Positions 1 through 8,380 of a stretch of 37,382 bases of DNA are shown here, in pieces. Every line of letters starts with the position of its first letter. Within the stretch, counting starts at the first letter, position 1. The notes under the pieces were generated by a model. The model was not told the DNA's origin. It saw nothing but the letters and a program-made list of their open reading frames with translations, and made no database searches. The position numbers and the translations under genes were made by a program. The stretch spans positions 1 through 37,382 of IMG/VR virus record IMGVR_UViG_3300022670_000083. One strand, 5' to 3'. This DNA is from a virus.

Positions 1-80
1 TTTTCCGTATTCCATTTTATACCCCATATTATTGTTAAACTGTTCAACTGAGTACTACTATAATAATTTTTAGCACAGAA

Positions 81-97
81 TGCAAATAATACTTGCA
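81..97. promoter_or_regulatory. Dyad-symmetric operator candidate TGCAA-N7-TTGCA overlapping both -35 boxes
   Basis: tgcaa (81..85) and ttgca (93..97) are reverse complements 7 nt apart. They sit between the back-to-back promoters next to the Cro-like HTH gene. The same site recurs at 37319..37335. Confidence 0.3.
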
Positions 98-121
98 ATC
101 AATTTAGATAAGGTCTAGTAT
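93..121 (+). promoter_or_regulatory. Rightward sigma70-type promoter (TTGCAA-N17-TAGTAT)
   Basis: TTGCAA 93..98, 17-nt spacer, TAGTAT 116..121, upstream of the first plus-strand gene at 209. Confidence 0.45.
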
Positions 122-208
122 TTAAATCAATCCGGTGACTAGGGTCGCTAACCACACAACCGGCATATAAATTAAAATGCGGTGGCAATAAATTAAAAGG
201 ATAATGTA

Positions 209-388
209 ATGAATAAATTTATGATTTCAAATAACACCCGTGATGCTCATATTCAGCTTAAAGCTATGAAGCAAACAATATTAGACATGTTCGAGTATCA
301 CGAAGAGAACAGTATAGAATTAAGTCGTGCGTCTATTGGTTACATGCACAGCGAGATTGAAAAAATTAATGAAATGTTGGAGGCTTAG
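209..388 (+). CDS. Hypothetical 59-aa protein (below the track cutoff)
   Basis: ATG at 209 preceded by AAAGGA. Reads MNKFMISNNTRDAHIQLKAM...EMLEA and ends at TAG 386..388. First ORF after the rightward promoter. Confidence 0.45.
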   Translation: MNKFMISNNTRDAHIQLKAMKQTILDMFEYHEENSIELSRASIGYMHSEIEKINEMLEA

Positions 389-389
389 T

Positions 390-521
390 ATGAATGAAGA
401 AACTGTAACCATTACCATTAAAGGCGTTAAACACTTCTTTAATGGAGATCCGTTAACCTCGCCAATGCAAGAGGCTATCATGTGGTTAATGGCGCTTGAA
501 AAAGAAGAGAGAGAATTCTAA
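390..521 (+). CDS. Hypothetical 43-aa protein (track ORF 327..521 trimmed)
   Basis: In-frame ATG at 390 with GGAGG (379..383) 6 nt upstream. The longer 327 start would overlap the 209..388 ORF. Confidence 0.45.
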   Translation: MNEETVTITIKGVKHFFNGDPLTSPMQEAIMWLMALEKEEREF

Positions 522-1120
522 TGTCTAAAAATGACTTTCAATCAGTATATGAAATTAACGTTAACCATAAGACTAAAGAGAAAAGCGGGCTTAAATACCT
601 ATCATGGGCCTGGGCTTGGGCAGAATTCAAAAAGGTTTATGCTGATGCAACTTACTCTGTAGATCTTTATGATGGCAAACCTTATCTTTCTGATGATGTA
701 CTAGGTTATATGGTGTCAACAACCGTTACAGTGGGTGAGTTATCAATACCGATGCACTTACCTGTGTTAGATGGCGCAAATAAAGCTCAGAGGTCTGTAG
801 GTTACACTTATAAGACTAAGTATAAAGATAAAGAGTGTAAGGCTGCATCTATGTTTGATATTAACACCGCCATCATGCGTTGCTTAACAAAGAATTTAGC
901 AATGTTCGGATTAGGTTTATATATTTATGCTGGTGAAGATATCCCGAGTGTAGACAATACCGAAACGTTATCAGATGACGAGGTTAAAACTATCAAAGGT
1001 ATGTTGAGCGAAGTAGTGCCAGAAAGCGTTGTTTGTGGGGTGGTCAATGTTAATAAAATAGAAGAGATATTAGCAAGTGATTTTGAAGGTTGTATAACAT
1101 GGATAAAGGGGCAAGGGTAA
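521..1120 (+). CDS. Rad52-like single-strand annealing protein (Sak / DUF1071 family)
   Basis: YLSWAWAWAEFKK motif and overall pattern typical of Sak-type recombinases. The start overlaps the upstream stop (TAATG). It lies in one module with SSB. Confidence 0.75.
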   Translation: MSKNDFQSVYEINVNHKTKEKSGLKYLSWAWAWAEFKKVYADATYSVDLYDGKPYLSDDVLGYMVSTTVTVGELSIPMHLPVLDGANKAQRSVGYTYKTKYKDKECKAASMFDINTAIMRCLTKNLAMFGLGLYIYAGEDIPSVDNTETLSDDEVKTIKGMLSEVVPESVVCGVVNVNKIEEILASDFEGCITWIKGQG

Positions 1121-1809
1121 TGGAAATAACAGTATTTAAAGATATAACAACAGAAGATTCTTTATTGGCATTAGAAGCTGATGGCAAGAAGTACGCGGGC
1201 CTCTATGTGGATATGAACGACAAACCGTCTAGGAAGTACGTTAAAGATCAAGCCGTGCTAATTAATGACTTAATAAAGAAAGTCGACAGAAAGCGCATTG
1301 ACGAATCCAAAGCGTATAAACTAAAGGTTGAAGCGGAAGCCTGTATAATCATATCTCGATTAAAAGCAGCTAATGAACCGTATAGTTTATTAATTGACGC
1401 TTACAAGGCAGAGCGAGCGAAAATACTAGCTGATGAAAAATTAGTTATTGAATTGCGCCAGTTAGCAATAGATAAAGAAGATGATCACGAAATGGCATTG
1501 TTGATCAATAAAACTTTTGAATATGACCGTCTACTTGAAATTAAACAGCAAGAAGCCGAAGCTGCACAAATGCAAAAAGAAGCTAACGACCGTGCCGATA
1601 TTAGACAAAAACAAGCAATAATAGAAAGCTTACAACGAGAAAAGAACGCTGAAAATGCACGCCTAGCAGATAAGGAGCATGTAAGAAATATAAATAGCGA
1701 TGCCCTTCATGGTTTTATGGCTGAATGTAATCTTGACTATGAACAAGCAAAAGTTGTAGTGATCGCATTAGCTAAAAAGAAAATATTAAACGTAACAATT
1801 AACTATTAA
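1120..1809 (+). CDS. DUF1351-like recombinase-associated coiled-coil protein
   Basis: Track ORF 1090..1809 trimmed to the ATG at 1120, which overlaps the Sak stop (TAATG). The K/E/A-rich coiled coil resembles DUF1351 proteins found beside Sak/Erf genes. Confidence 0.45.
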   Translation: MEITVFKDITTEDSLLALEADGKKYAGLYVDMNDKPSRKYVKDQAVLINDLIKKVDRKRIDESKAYKLKVEAEACIIISRLKAANEPYSLLIDAYKAERAKILADEKLVIELRQLAIDKEDDHEMALLINKTFEYDRLLEIKQQEAEAAQMQKEANDRADIRQKQAIIESLQREKNAENARLADKEHVRNINSDALHGFMAECNLDYEQAKVVVIALAKKKILNVTINY

Positions 1810-1827
1810 TAACAGAGGAAAGAAACA

Positions 1828-2124
1828 ATGAATACAGAAGCATGTAAAAATGAAGAAATGGTTACAGGTACAGCGCCTAGACAACCTAAATTTCAAGTCC
1901 TTTTAGATGCCGCTAGCGGTATTAATGGGGTTATTGAGCACTTAAATGAATTGAATAGAGTTTTAGGTGTTCAATATGAAACGCAAACTCCAAAAAATGA
2001 CGCTCCTAAAAACCCTAATGAGCCATCATTATTAAGAGCGCTTAATGAGTTGCCAGAAGAGTTAAGCCAGGCTCACTCGCTTATACATGACATGATCAAT
2101 ACTATAATGAACGAATTAAATTAA
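1828..2124 (+). CDS. Hypothetical protein (98 aa)
   Basis: ORF with GAGGAAAG upstream, packed between the recombination genes. No motif recognised. Confidence 0.5.
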   Translation: MNTEACKNEEMVTGTAPRQPKFQVLLDAASGINGVIEHLNELNRVLGVQYETQTPKNDAPKNPNEPSLLRALNELPEELSQAHSLIHDMINTIMNELN

Positions 2125-2144
2125 CCAATAAGGAAGTAAAGAAA

Positions 2145-2660
2145 ATGGCAGGTGTAAATAAAGTGATTATTTTAGGTAATTTAGGCAAAGATCCAGAAGT
2201 TAAGTTTATGCCTAATGGTGGGGCAGTTGCTAACATGACTATAGCGACTAGTGAAAGTTGGAAGGATAAGCAAACAGGTGAAGCTAAGGAAAAAACTGAA
2301 TGGCATCGCGTGGTAATGTTTGGCAAGTTAGCTGAAATTTCAGGGGAGTATTTAAAGAAAGGTTCTAAAGTTTATATTGAAGGAACTTTACAGACTCGCA
2401 AGTGGCAGAATAAAGAAGGTGTTGACGTTTATACTACTGAAATTGTAGTGCAAGGCTTTAACGGTGTTATGCAAATGCTAGACGGAAAGCCACAAGGCCA
2501 ACAACCTGCACAACAAAGTGGGGGTTTTCAGGCACAACAACAACAACAACCTGCACAACAAAATGGATTTTCTCAACAAGGCCAACAACAAGGCGATTTT
2601 AGACAGCAAGCACCAGCACCACAACAAGGTCAAGGTGGTCAATGGCCTCATGGTCAATAA
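2145..2660 (+). CDS. ssb: Single-stranded DNA-binding protein
   Basis: Canonical OB-fold N-terminus ([18 protein letters not shown]...[13 protein letters not shown]...TRKWQ) followed by a Q/G/P-rich tail. The usual acidic D-D-D-I-P-F type tip is absent. Confidence 0.95.
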   Translation: MAGVNKVIILGNLGKDPEVKFMPNGGAVANMTIATSESWKDKQTGEAKEKTEWHRVVMFGKLAEISGEYLKKGSKVYIEGTLQTRKWQNKEGVDVYTTEIVVQGFNGVMQMLDGKPQGQQPAQQSGGFQAQQQQQPAQQNGFSQQGQQQGDFRQQAPAPQQGQGGQWPHGQ

Positions 2661-2698
2661 TTAACTCAACGCTCAAGGATGAGCAATCAAGGATACTT

Positions 2699-2839
2699 AT
2701 GACACTATTTAATAAAGTAGGAAGAGATTTAGACGGCAGTACTACATGGTTATTCATTAGGCGGCTGTTACCTATTGCGGCTGTGTTGTGCTTTTTAATT
2801 GTTACAGGTATTAAAATTAACTTTTGGGATTATTTATGA
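2699..2839 (+). CDS. Small single-pass membrane protein (46 aa)
   Basis: Track ORF 2642..2839 trimmed to the ATG at 2699, which has AAGGA 5 nt upstream. Hydrophobic stretch LLPIAAVLCFLIVTGI. Its stop overlaps the next start (ATGA). Confidence 0.4.
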   Translation: MTLFNKVGRDLDGSTTWLFIRRLLPIAAVLCFLIVTGIKINFWDYL

Positions 2840-3219
2840 TAAAAATTAAAAGAATGTACTTACCACAATGTACGCTTGGAGTTCTCACAGTAGGCGATTT
2901 TAGATGTTTTACGCTTGAGCTACCAATGCTAGATAATGCACCTAATGTATCTTGTATCTATGCCGCAGGAGGCTTTAGAGGTTATAAACACTTTAGCCCT
3001 CATAATGGCGATGTTATAGCGATTGATAATGTAATGGATAGAACTAATATACAAGTTCATGCTGGTAATTTTACCCGTGATGTTAGAGGTTGTATTTTAG
3101 TCGGTGATTCAATCGAGTTTTTAGACGGTGATAATATTCCTGATGTTACCAATTCTAAAGCTACACTTAAAAAGTTACTGGCTGTATTGCCTGATACATT
3201 TAATATTGAGATAACATGA
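2836..3219 (+). CDS. DUF5675-like protein (possible cell-wall enzyme, His/Cys motif)
   Basis: Pattern C.TLELP..DN....S.I.AG.Y......NIQVHAGNF..DV.GCILVG matches my recollection of the DUF5675 family. Start at ATG 2836 (ATGA overlap). Confidence 0.5.
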   Translation: MIKIKRMYLPQCTLGVLTVGDFRCFTLELPMLDNAPNVSCIYAAGGFRGYKHFSPHNGDVIAIDNVMDRTNIQVHAGNFTRDVRGCILVGDSIEFLDGDNIPDVTNSKATLKKLLAVLPDTFNIEIT

Positions 3220-3413
3220 TGGAAATTAAATATTGCATGTTAACTGCTGGTTTTAATTGTAATGAAACGAGACACCCTCAAAAAGTCATGAGGGGACTAG
3301 GTATAAAATATGAAAGCTCAAGGCCTGAATCATTATTTGATTGTTGGATATTTAATGGTTGCACTAACGTACCTAAAAACCCACCTGAGTATTTAAAATT
3401 TAAAGAGATATAA
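3216..3413 (+). CDS. Hypothetical protein (65 aa)
   Basis: ORF with an ATGA overlap to the upstream gene. No motif recognised. Confidence 0.45.
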   Translation: MMEIKYCMLTAGFNCNETRHPQKVMRGLGIKYESSRPESLFDCWIFNGCTNVPKNPPEYLKFKEI

Positions 3414-3415
3414 TT

Positions 3416-4015
3416 ATGAAACGAGTTAAAATGCCGCTCTATATGAGAATGCAAAACTTTTTATATTTACCTGGAGGTGAAATATTTTGGACCAGTGCAA
3501 GTTTATCTATTCCGCAGAAAATAAAACGTTGGTGGAATAAAGATAAATCTAAAATGTGCAATACATCGAGAGGCTTTACCTTGCCTTGGCACGGTCAAAT
3601 GCTTAGGTATATTCCTCGCTTTTTGGTTCGTGACTGGCACGGTTATTCTGAATATTACGACATAGATACAGGTAAGCTCGTCAATAAAGTAAAAGCTGAT
3701 CTGTATGACTACAGTAAAATTAAAGGGTACTGCCCCAGCAAGAACGTTCAAGGGTTATCCTTTAAAGATGGTAAGTTTGACTATGCTTACTTTGGAAATC
3801 GTGGCAAGGATACAATGTATATTATTGACGTTGAATCTGGAATGATTAAGCACCATATTTTGTATGATGATATTAAAAAGAAGCGTTGGCATAGTTTTTT
3901 ATGGGCAAGCTATGAGGCCGAGGGTTTACAATACGGCTTAGATGGAGAGCTAGAGGTAGGAATTAGCGTTAAAACTTGGTTTGGCGCTATCCTTAATTAC
4001 ACTCATAAAGCTTAA
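3416..4015 (+). CDS. Hypothetical protein (199 aa)
   Basis: Last ORF of the rightward operon, followed by the terminator. W/Y/K-rich, no motif recognised. Confidence 0.55.
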   Translation: MKRVKMPLYMRMQNFLYLPGGEIFWTSASLSIPQKIKRWWNKDKSKMCNTSRGFTLPWHGQMLRYIPRFLVRDWHGYSEYYDIDTGKLVNKVKADLYDYSKIKGYCPSKNVQGLSFKDGKFDYAYFGNRGKDTMYIIDVESGMIKHHILYDDIKKKRWHSFLWASYEAEGLQYGLDGELEVGISVKTWFGAILNYTHKA

Positions 4016-4019
4016 TGAC

Positions 4020-4045
4020 TCGCTCAATCTGCTTAGATTGAGCGA
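4020..4045. terminator. Bidirectional hairpin between convergent operons
   Basis: Perfect 11-bp inverted repeat tcgctcaatct / agattgagcga with loop gctt. It lies between the stop at 4015 (+) and the stop at 4051 (-). Confidence 0.6.
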
Positions 4046-4050
4046 TAACT

Positions 4051-6111
4051 TTAAAAGCTAGTTATTCTTGATGTTGCGCTAGAGATAACAAAATCATCAC
4101 TTACTGCCCTAACCTTTAATGTTGCGGTCTGTCCTATCTTGAATTGACTAGATATTTGCGAGCAACCAGCAGGTATATCTGGATTATCTGTAATTGGAGA
4201 AATACCAATAGTACCGCCTGCACCGCCTCCACTTACACCAGCAATTAGCCACTCTACACGACCACCGCTAGTTGTTTGTATTCCACCAAGAACACTACCA
4301 TCTAAGCCACCCGTCCAATTTGAGGTCATGGTTAACTTATTTGAAGCTATTGAATAACGACCATTATCAGCAGCATCAGTTAACGTGACAATTTCTGAAC
4401 TTGCACCGGCGGTTATTGTTTGGCTTGGAATTGTATTTGTAAATACGCCAACAGGTAAAGGAGCAATAAAAGCCTCTGGTGAAACATCGGGGCCAAACCT
4501 TAACAGTGGGTTTCGCATTAAAGCGACAGCCCCGGCACTACTAGCATCAATCAACATGTAAACAGTTGCCGTTACTGCGCCTGTAGCTTGAGCGATACTG
4601 ATAGGATAACGAGCTGTATTTGTATTTAGATCAATTCCCTCTATTTGTTTAGATGCTAATATTGAAGCGCCAGAATCCTTTAACTCAATACCTATAGCTG
4701 AATCATTGCCGAAAGTACCTGAAATACTTCTCAACGTTGAACAGAAAGTCATAAAGTCACCCTTAACCAATCCGTCAGGTAAGACAATATCTTTTTCTAT
4801 TCGCGTTAATGCTGCGTTAGTTATTGTGATATTTACATCACTAACGTTAGTGACAGTCACACTTGTTATCGTACCGCCGACAGCCTCAACGTAATCATTA
4901 GGATTATTGCTTATTAAATCGTCAATGTACCAAGAAAGTAACGGCTCTTTAAAGTCGACAACGTTTCTAACTGCTTCCGATACACCAACTGAAATATCCC
5001 CAAAGCCTATCGCGTTTATGCGATCAAGAACTGCTACGATTTTATCGTAATTCGCATCGTTTAAAATAATGTCATGTGCAAAGTCTATTAATGTACCACC
5101 AAACCTGATTAGATCGTCTACTGCATCAACACATTGTTGTTCTGTTAGCGCTTCAATTCCTAATCTAAATAAGTCATATCGACCAACACCCTTTTGCATA
5201 GGTGAAGAACTTGCCGCTACTGTGAAAGCATAAGAGAAAATCCCGCTTGCCGCTTCTTTGTATACATCATTTAATACACTGTTAGGTGTTTGATAACCTA
5301 TAGCGTGAACACCTATTCTATTAAATTGCGACCATGTTGATTGAGCTTCACCAATAAACTTTAATATACCGTATGAGGTCCCGTTAGGCGCATCACCAGT
5401 AAAGCCGTGATTTATAATTTCAAAACCTGCTTCTTGCATTTCTTTGGTTTGGTTAAAATCTAGCTTAGAACCACCTGATAATAAGTTTGCTCCAGGTATA
5501 GCTAAACCGTATTTATAACCGCGAGCATCAAACAAAGTTTTCAATACTCCGCTTGGTCCTGCTGAGTTGTGCGCGTCATCAAACACCCAAGATAAATGAG
5601 GGGTTATATTTGCCGACTCTCGACGTACAAAACTTATAACTGCATTAGCTACACCGATAAGAATATTTACTGTATTAGGTGTTACGCCACTGGTTAAAAC
5701 TACGTCATAAGTCGCGCCGCCGCCGTTACCCGTTGAAAACTCCGCCGTTTCTACTACATCACCATTTTGATAATTTTTATTAGTATTTACTGTCATTGTT
5801 GCGGTTGTTAATTCATTTGCTGTTATAGCTCCTGAAACTGAGACAAACTCATCAACTGGATCGGCTGACCATATTTGAGAACCATTTTTATCCTTTAATA
5901 CAACTTTATATTTTCCAGTAATAAATATATCAGGAAATAAACCGTTAGAATCTGCAATAACAGGATTAGTATTTGCTGTTAACCCATTTACATCTGTAAA
6001 AGTGTCTTTGTCGTTATTCGTGCCAGTTTCAAAAAAGAATAACTGTGCGCCTGATGAAGGCAATATACCTGAACCTACATCAGCAAACGGTAGTACAAAT
6101 CTGGTTGTCAT
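4051..6111 (-). CDS. Tailspike/tail fibre with central polysaccharide-deacetylase-like (NodB/CE4-like) domain
   Basis: 686 aa and the last gene of the virion block, the position of P22 gp9. The central region (SWVFDDAHNS...ARGYKYGLAI...EAGFEIINHGFTG) resembles the NodB fold, and the C-terminus is G/T/S-rich. Confidence 0.5.
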   Translation of the reverse strand: MTTRFVLPFADVGSGILPSSGAQLFFFETGTNNDKDTFTDVNGLTANTNPVIADSNGLFPDIFITGKYKVVLKDKNGSQIWSADPVDEFVSVSGAITANELTTATMTVNTNKNYQNGDVVETAEFSTGNGGGATYDVVLTSGVTPNTVNILIGVANAVISFVRRESANITPHLSWVFDDAHNSAGPSGVLKTLFDARGYKYGLAIPGANLLSGGSKLDFNQTKEMQEAGFEIINHGFTGDAPNGTSYGILKFIGEAQSTWSQFNRIGVHAIGYQTPNSVLNDVYKEAASGIFSYAFTVAASSSPMQKGVGRYDLFRLGIEALTEQQCVDAVDDLIRFGGTLIDFAHDIILNDANYDKIVAVLDRINAIGFGDISVGVSEAVRNVVDFKEPLLSWYIDDLISNNPNDYVEAVGGTITSVTVTNVSDVNITITNAALTRIEKDIVLPDGLVKGDFMTFCSTLRSISGTFGNDSAIGIELKDSGASILASKQIEGIDLNTNTARYPISIAQATGAVTATVYMLIDASSAGAVALMRNPLLRFGPDVSPEAFIAPLPVGVFTNTIPSQTITAGASSEIVTLTDAADNGRYSIASNKLTMTSNWTGGLDGSVLGGIQTTSGGRVEWLIAGVSGGGAGGTIGISPITDNPDIPAGCSQISSQFKIGQTATLKVRAVSDDFVISSATSRITSF

Positions 6112-8378
6112 TATTTATTTTCCTTGTCTAATTCTCTGAGTTCTAAAAATGCCAATGCTCTAGCGCCTTTTTCTAATTGCGATCTGTTTAACGTAGGGTT
6201 TTGCGCTTTTAATTTATTTATTTTAGTGTTAACAATGCCTTCAAGCGTTGCCTTTCTAGCTTTTATTTCAGATCCTTTTTTACCTGCAGCTATCGCTAAA
6301 GTTCCAAAGTTAAACCTGTTTAACCCTGCAAGGTTTCCTAGGTTTTCAGTAATATTTAAAAATTTAGTAAATGTTCCGCTAGGGTTTGTTGTTCCTGGTG
6401 GTGGAATAGTTGCATCACCTATAACGGCTTGAAGCCTTTTAAGTTCAGCGAATTGCTTTCTTCCTAAAAGTTCTTGCAAGGCTTCTTTGCTAACTTTTTT
6501 CATTGCTGAATTTAATCTAGCGCCTGACATTTCAAGAGTATCTTTATTTATCGCTTGGCCTAGTATATCGCCAACCATTTCAGCTTGTATTGATCGCCAT
6601 GCTGTTTTGGTTTGTTCTGTTGGATTCTCTAATAAAACCTTTTTTAACTTGCGTATATTTGTTACGGCTTTATCCCCTTTTACTATTGAGTTTATAACTG
6701 ACTCAGGGTCTATGTCAGGAGTACTAGTTCCACGTTTAAAGCTGGTTAATTTTTCAATTATATCTTTAGCTGAAAATGTTTCAAACTGCTCTTTTGCTGC
6801 TGCTCTTGCTGCTTTAAATGCGCCTGTCCTTCCAGTTTCTAAGCCTTCATCAACCACTGTGGCTATTTGCTTGTCTAGTTCACTAACAACAGTTTTAGCG
6901 CTTCCTGTTTGGTCTGCGCCTACAGCTTTATTTAATGCTTTTCTGAACTCTTCGGCATTATTTAAAGTTAAAGGTGTAACATCACCTGTAATAGTAATCG
7001 CTTGATCACCATCCATAACCTTAAATTTGTTTCTAGTTGATTGCTCTACGCTATCACCAATTAAACCAAACTTAGCTAATGCTGTATTTATAGACTTTTC
7101 GACTTCTGGCGTTATGGGCCTGTTAACAATTATATCATCAGCTATTTCAACTATTGAAGCGTTGTTTAATGGTAAAGCCTCACCTGCCGTTTCTCCTGCC
7201 AACGTATAAAGTTCAGATACTTCTTGTCTACCTAACTCTTTGCGTCCAAGTAAAACATCCTGTATTAACTCGCCTTTACCTCTTGCTGTGTCTGCTACTG
7301 TTTCGCCTGCTGCTTCTGCGAATCTAGCTGAACCACCAAACTGTTCAGTAAACTTTTCAGCAGCTTGTTTTAATTGTGATTGCTGTCCCTCTGCGAATTG
7401 CCTTGCCTGCTCACCCTCTGGTGATACAGATTTTAATAGTGTTTGCTCGGCTTCTGCTGGTGTGAACTTTTGTGATGCTTGAGCCTTTGTCAACTGCACG
7501 CCTTGAGATTCAGCTTGTCTAATTCTTGCTAATGCCTCTGGCGATAAGTCAGTTTGTGATATTTGTTGTTGTAAAGCTTCTGCTGGTTTTGGTTGATCTT
7601 TGCCAAACTTTCTACTTTTAACAAGTTGCGGCTCAAATGATTTTAGTATTTGATCTGGATCTATATTTGTATCTTTCTTTAATACTTCTCGAATGCTTCG
7701 CCCTGTAGCCTTGGCAACTTCGAAAGCCTTATCTAAAACACCGGCTGTAACTGTATCAATTGCTACTTGTGATAAATCAAATTCACCACCAGATAAAGCC
7801 TGTAATGCTTCTATACCAGCACTAGTAGCGCCAGCAGTTGCACCAACCTTTAAAGCACCAACGGCAGCGCCTGCAGGAGAAAATGCAGCGGCTATACCTA
7901 AACCTTGAAGTATATCTATTTGACTAACACCAGGCTTGTTTAATACTACCTGTGCACCTGTCTTGTTATTAGTGGCAAAAAAGTTTCCTTTCTCGTCTTG
8001 AGTAACACCGATATTTTCAAAGTTATTTCTAAGTATTTCACCCATTTCAAAAGGGTCTGTTGCTGTTAATAGCGCCGGTGTAATTGCTGCAGTTTTTAAC
8101 TTATCTTCACCGAACAATAAACCACCTTGACCAATTTCAGGTAAACGTTTTGTTGCTTCTGTTTCTCGCTCTGAGCCTGTAAAGAATTCGCCTATAGTAG
8201 ATAAAACGCCTTTTTCTGGCTCTACTCTTTGCTGGCTAGACTGCTTAGTAACGATGTCAGTACTAGATAACCCCAAACCACCATTAGGAATATTAACATT
8301 TTGCACCTCTCTTGATTCAAGTTCACGTAACCGCTTTATTTTTCTTAATCGGTCTAGCTCTTGACGTTCATCAGCCAT
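6111..8378 (-). CDS. Large internal virion / ejection protein (gp16-position)
   Basis: 755 aa, A/Q/E/K/G-rich and mostly helical. It is third in a run of three such genes just upstream of the tailspike, as in P22-type genomes. Confidence 0.5.
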   Translation of the reverse strand: MADERQELDRLRKIKRLRELESREVQNVNIPNGGLGLSSTDIVTKQSSQQRVEPEKGVLSTIGEFFTGSERETEATKRLPEIGQGGLLFGEDKLKTAAITPALLTATDPFEMGEILRNNFENIGVTQDEKGNFFATNNKTGAQVVLNKPGVSQIDILQGLGIAAAFSPAGAAVGALKVGATAGATSAGIEALQALSGGEFDLSQVAIDTVTAGVLDKAFEVAKATGRSIREVLKKDTNIDPDQILKSFEPQLVKSRKFGKDQPKPAEALQQQISQTDLSPEALARIRQAESQGVQLTKAQASQKFTPAEAEQTLLKSVSPEGEQARQFAEGQQSQLKQAAEKFTEQFGGSARFAEAAGETVADTARGKGELIQDVLLGRKELGRQEVSELYTLAGETAGEALPLNNASIVEIADDIIVNRPITPEVEKSINTALAKFGLIGDSVEQSTRNKFKVMDGDQAITITGDVTPLTLNNAEEFRKALNKAVGADQTGSAKTVVSELDKQIATVVDEGLETGRTGAFKAARAAAKEQFETFSAKDIIEKLTSFKRGTSTPDIDPESVINSIVKGDKAVTNIRKLKKVLLENPTEQTKTAWRSIQAEMVGDILGQAINKDTLEMSGARLNSAMKKVSKEALQELLGRKQFAELKRLQAVIGDATIPPPGTTNPSGTFTKFLNITENLGNLAGLNRFNFGTLAIAAGKKGSEIKARKATLEGIVNTKINKLKAQNPTLNRSQLEKGARALAFLELRELDKENK

Positions 8379-8380
8379 AA

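Larger units (their letters stand above)
1..144. repeat. Terminal direct repeat, left copy (identical to 37239..37382)
   Basis: Compared base by base: 1..144 (ttttccgtattccatttt...ccggtgactaggg) recurs exactly at 37239..37382, giving a unique length of 37238 bp. Confidence 0.95.

Noticed and set aside
327-389. N-terminal extension of the track ORF 327..521
   Set aside because: It overlaps the better-supported 209..388 ORF in another frame. The internal ATG at 390 has a GGAGG at ideal spacing and starts right after the upstream stop.
6124-7908. Five plus-strand ORFs (102, 172, 60, 80 and 71 aa) antisense to the 755-aa ejection-protein gene
   Set aside because: All lie entirely inside one long, well-supported minus-strand gene with biased A/Q/E/K/G composition, which suppresses stop codons on the opposite strand. 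The products are low-complexity S/A/V/F/L strings, and none has a convincing RBS or a promoter. The same reasoning applies to the antisense ORFs at 4706..4894, 8604..8855, 9308..9574, 11209..11433, 12396..12835, 15074..15334, 16071..16277, 22821..23066, 23527..23742 and 24076..24429.
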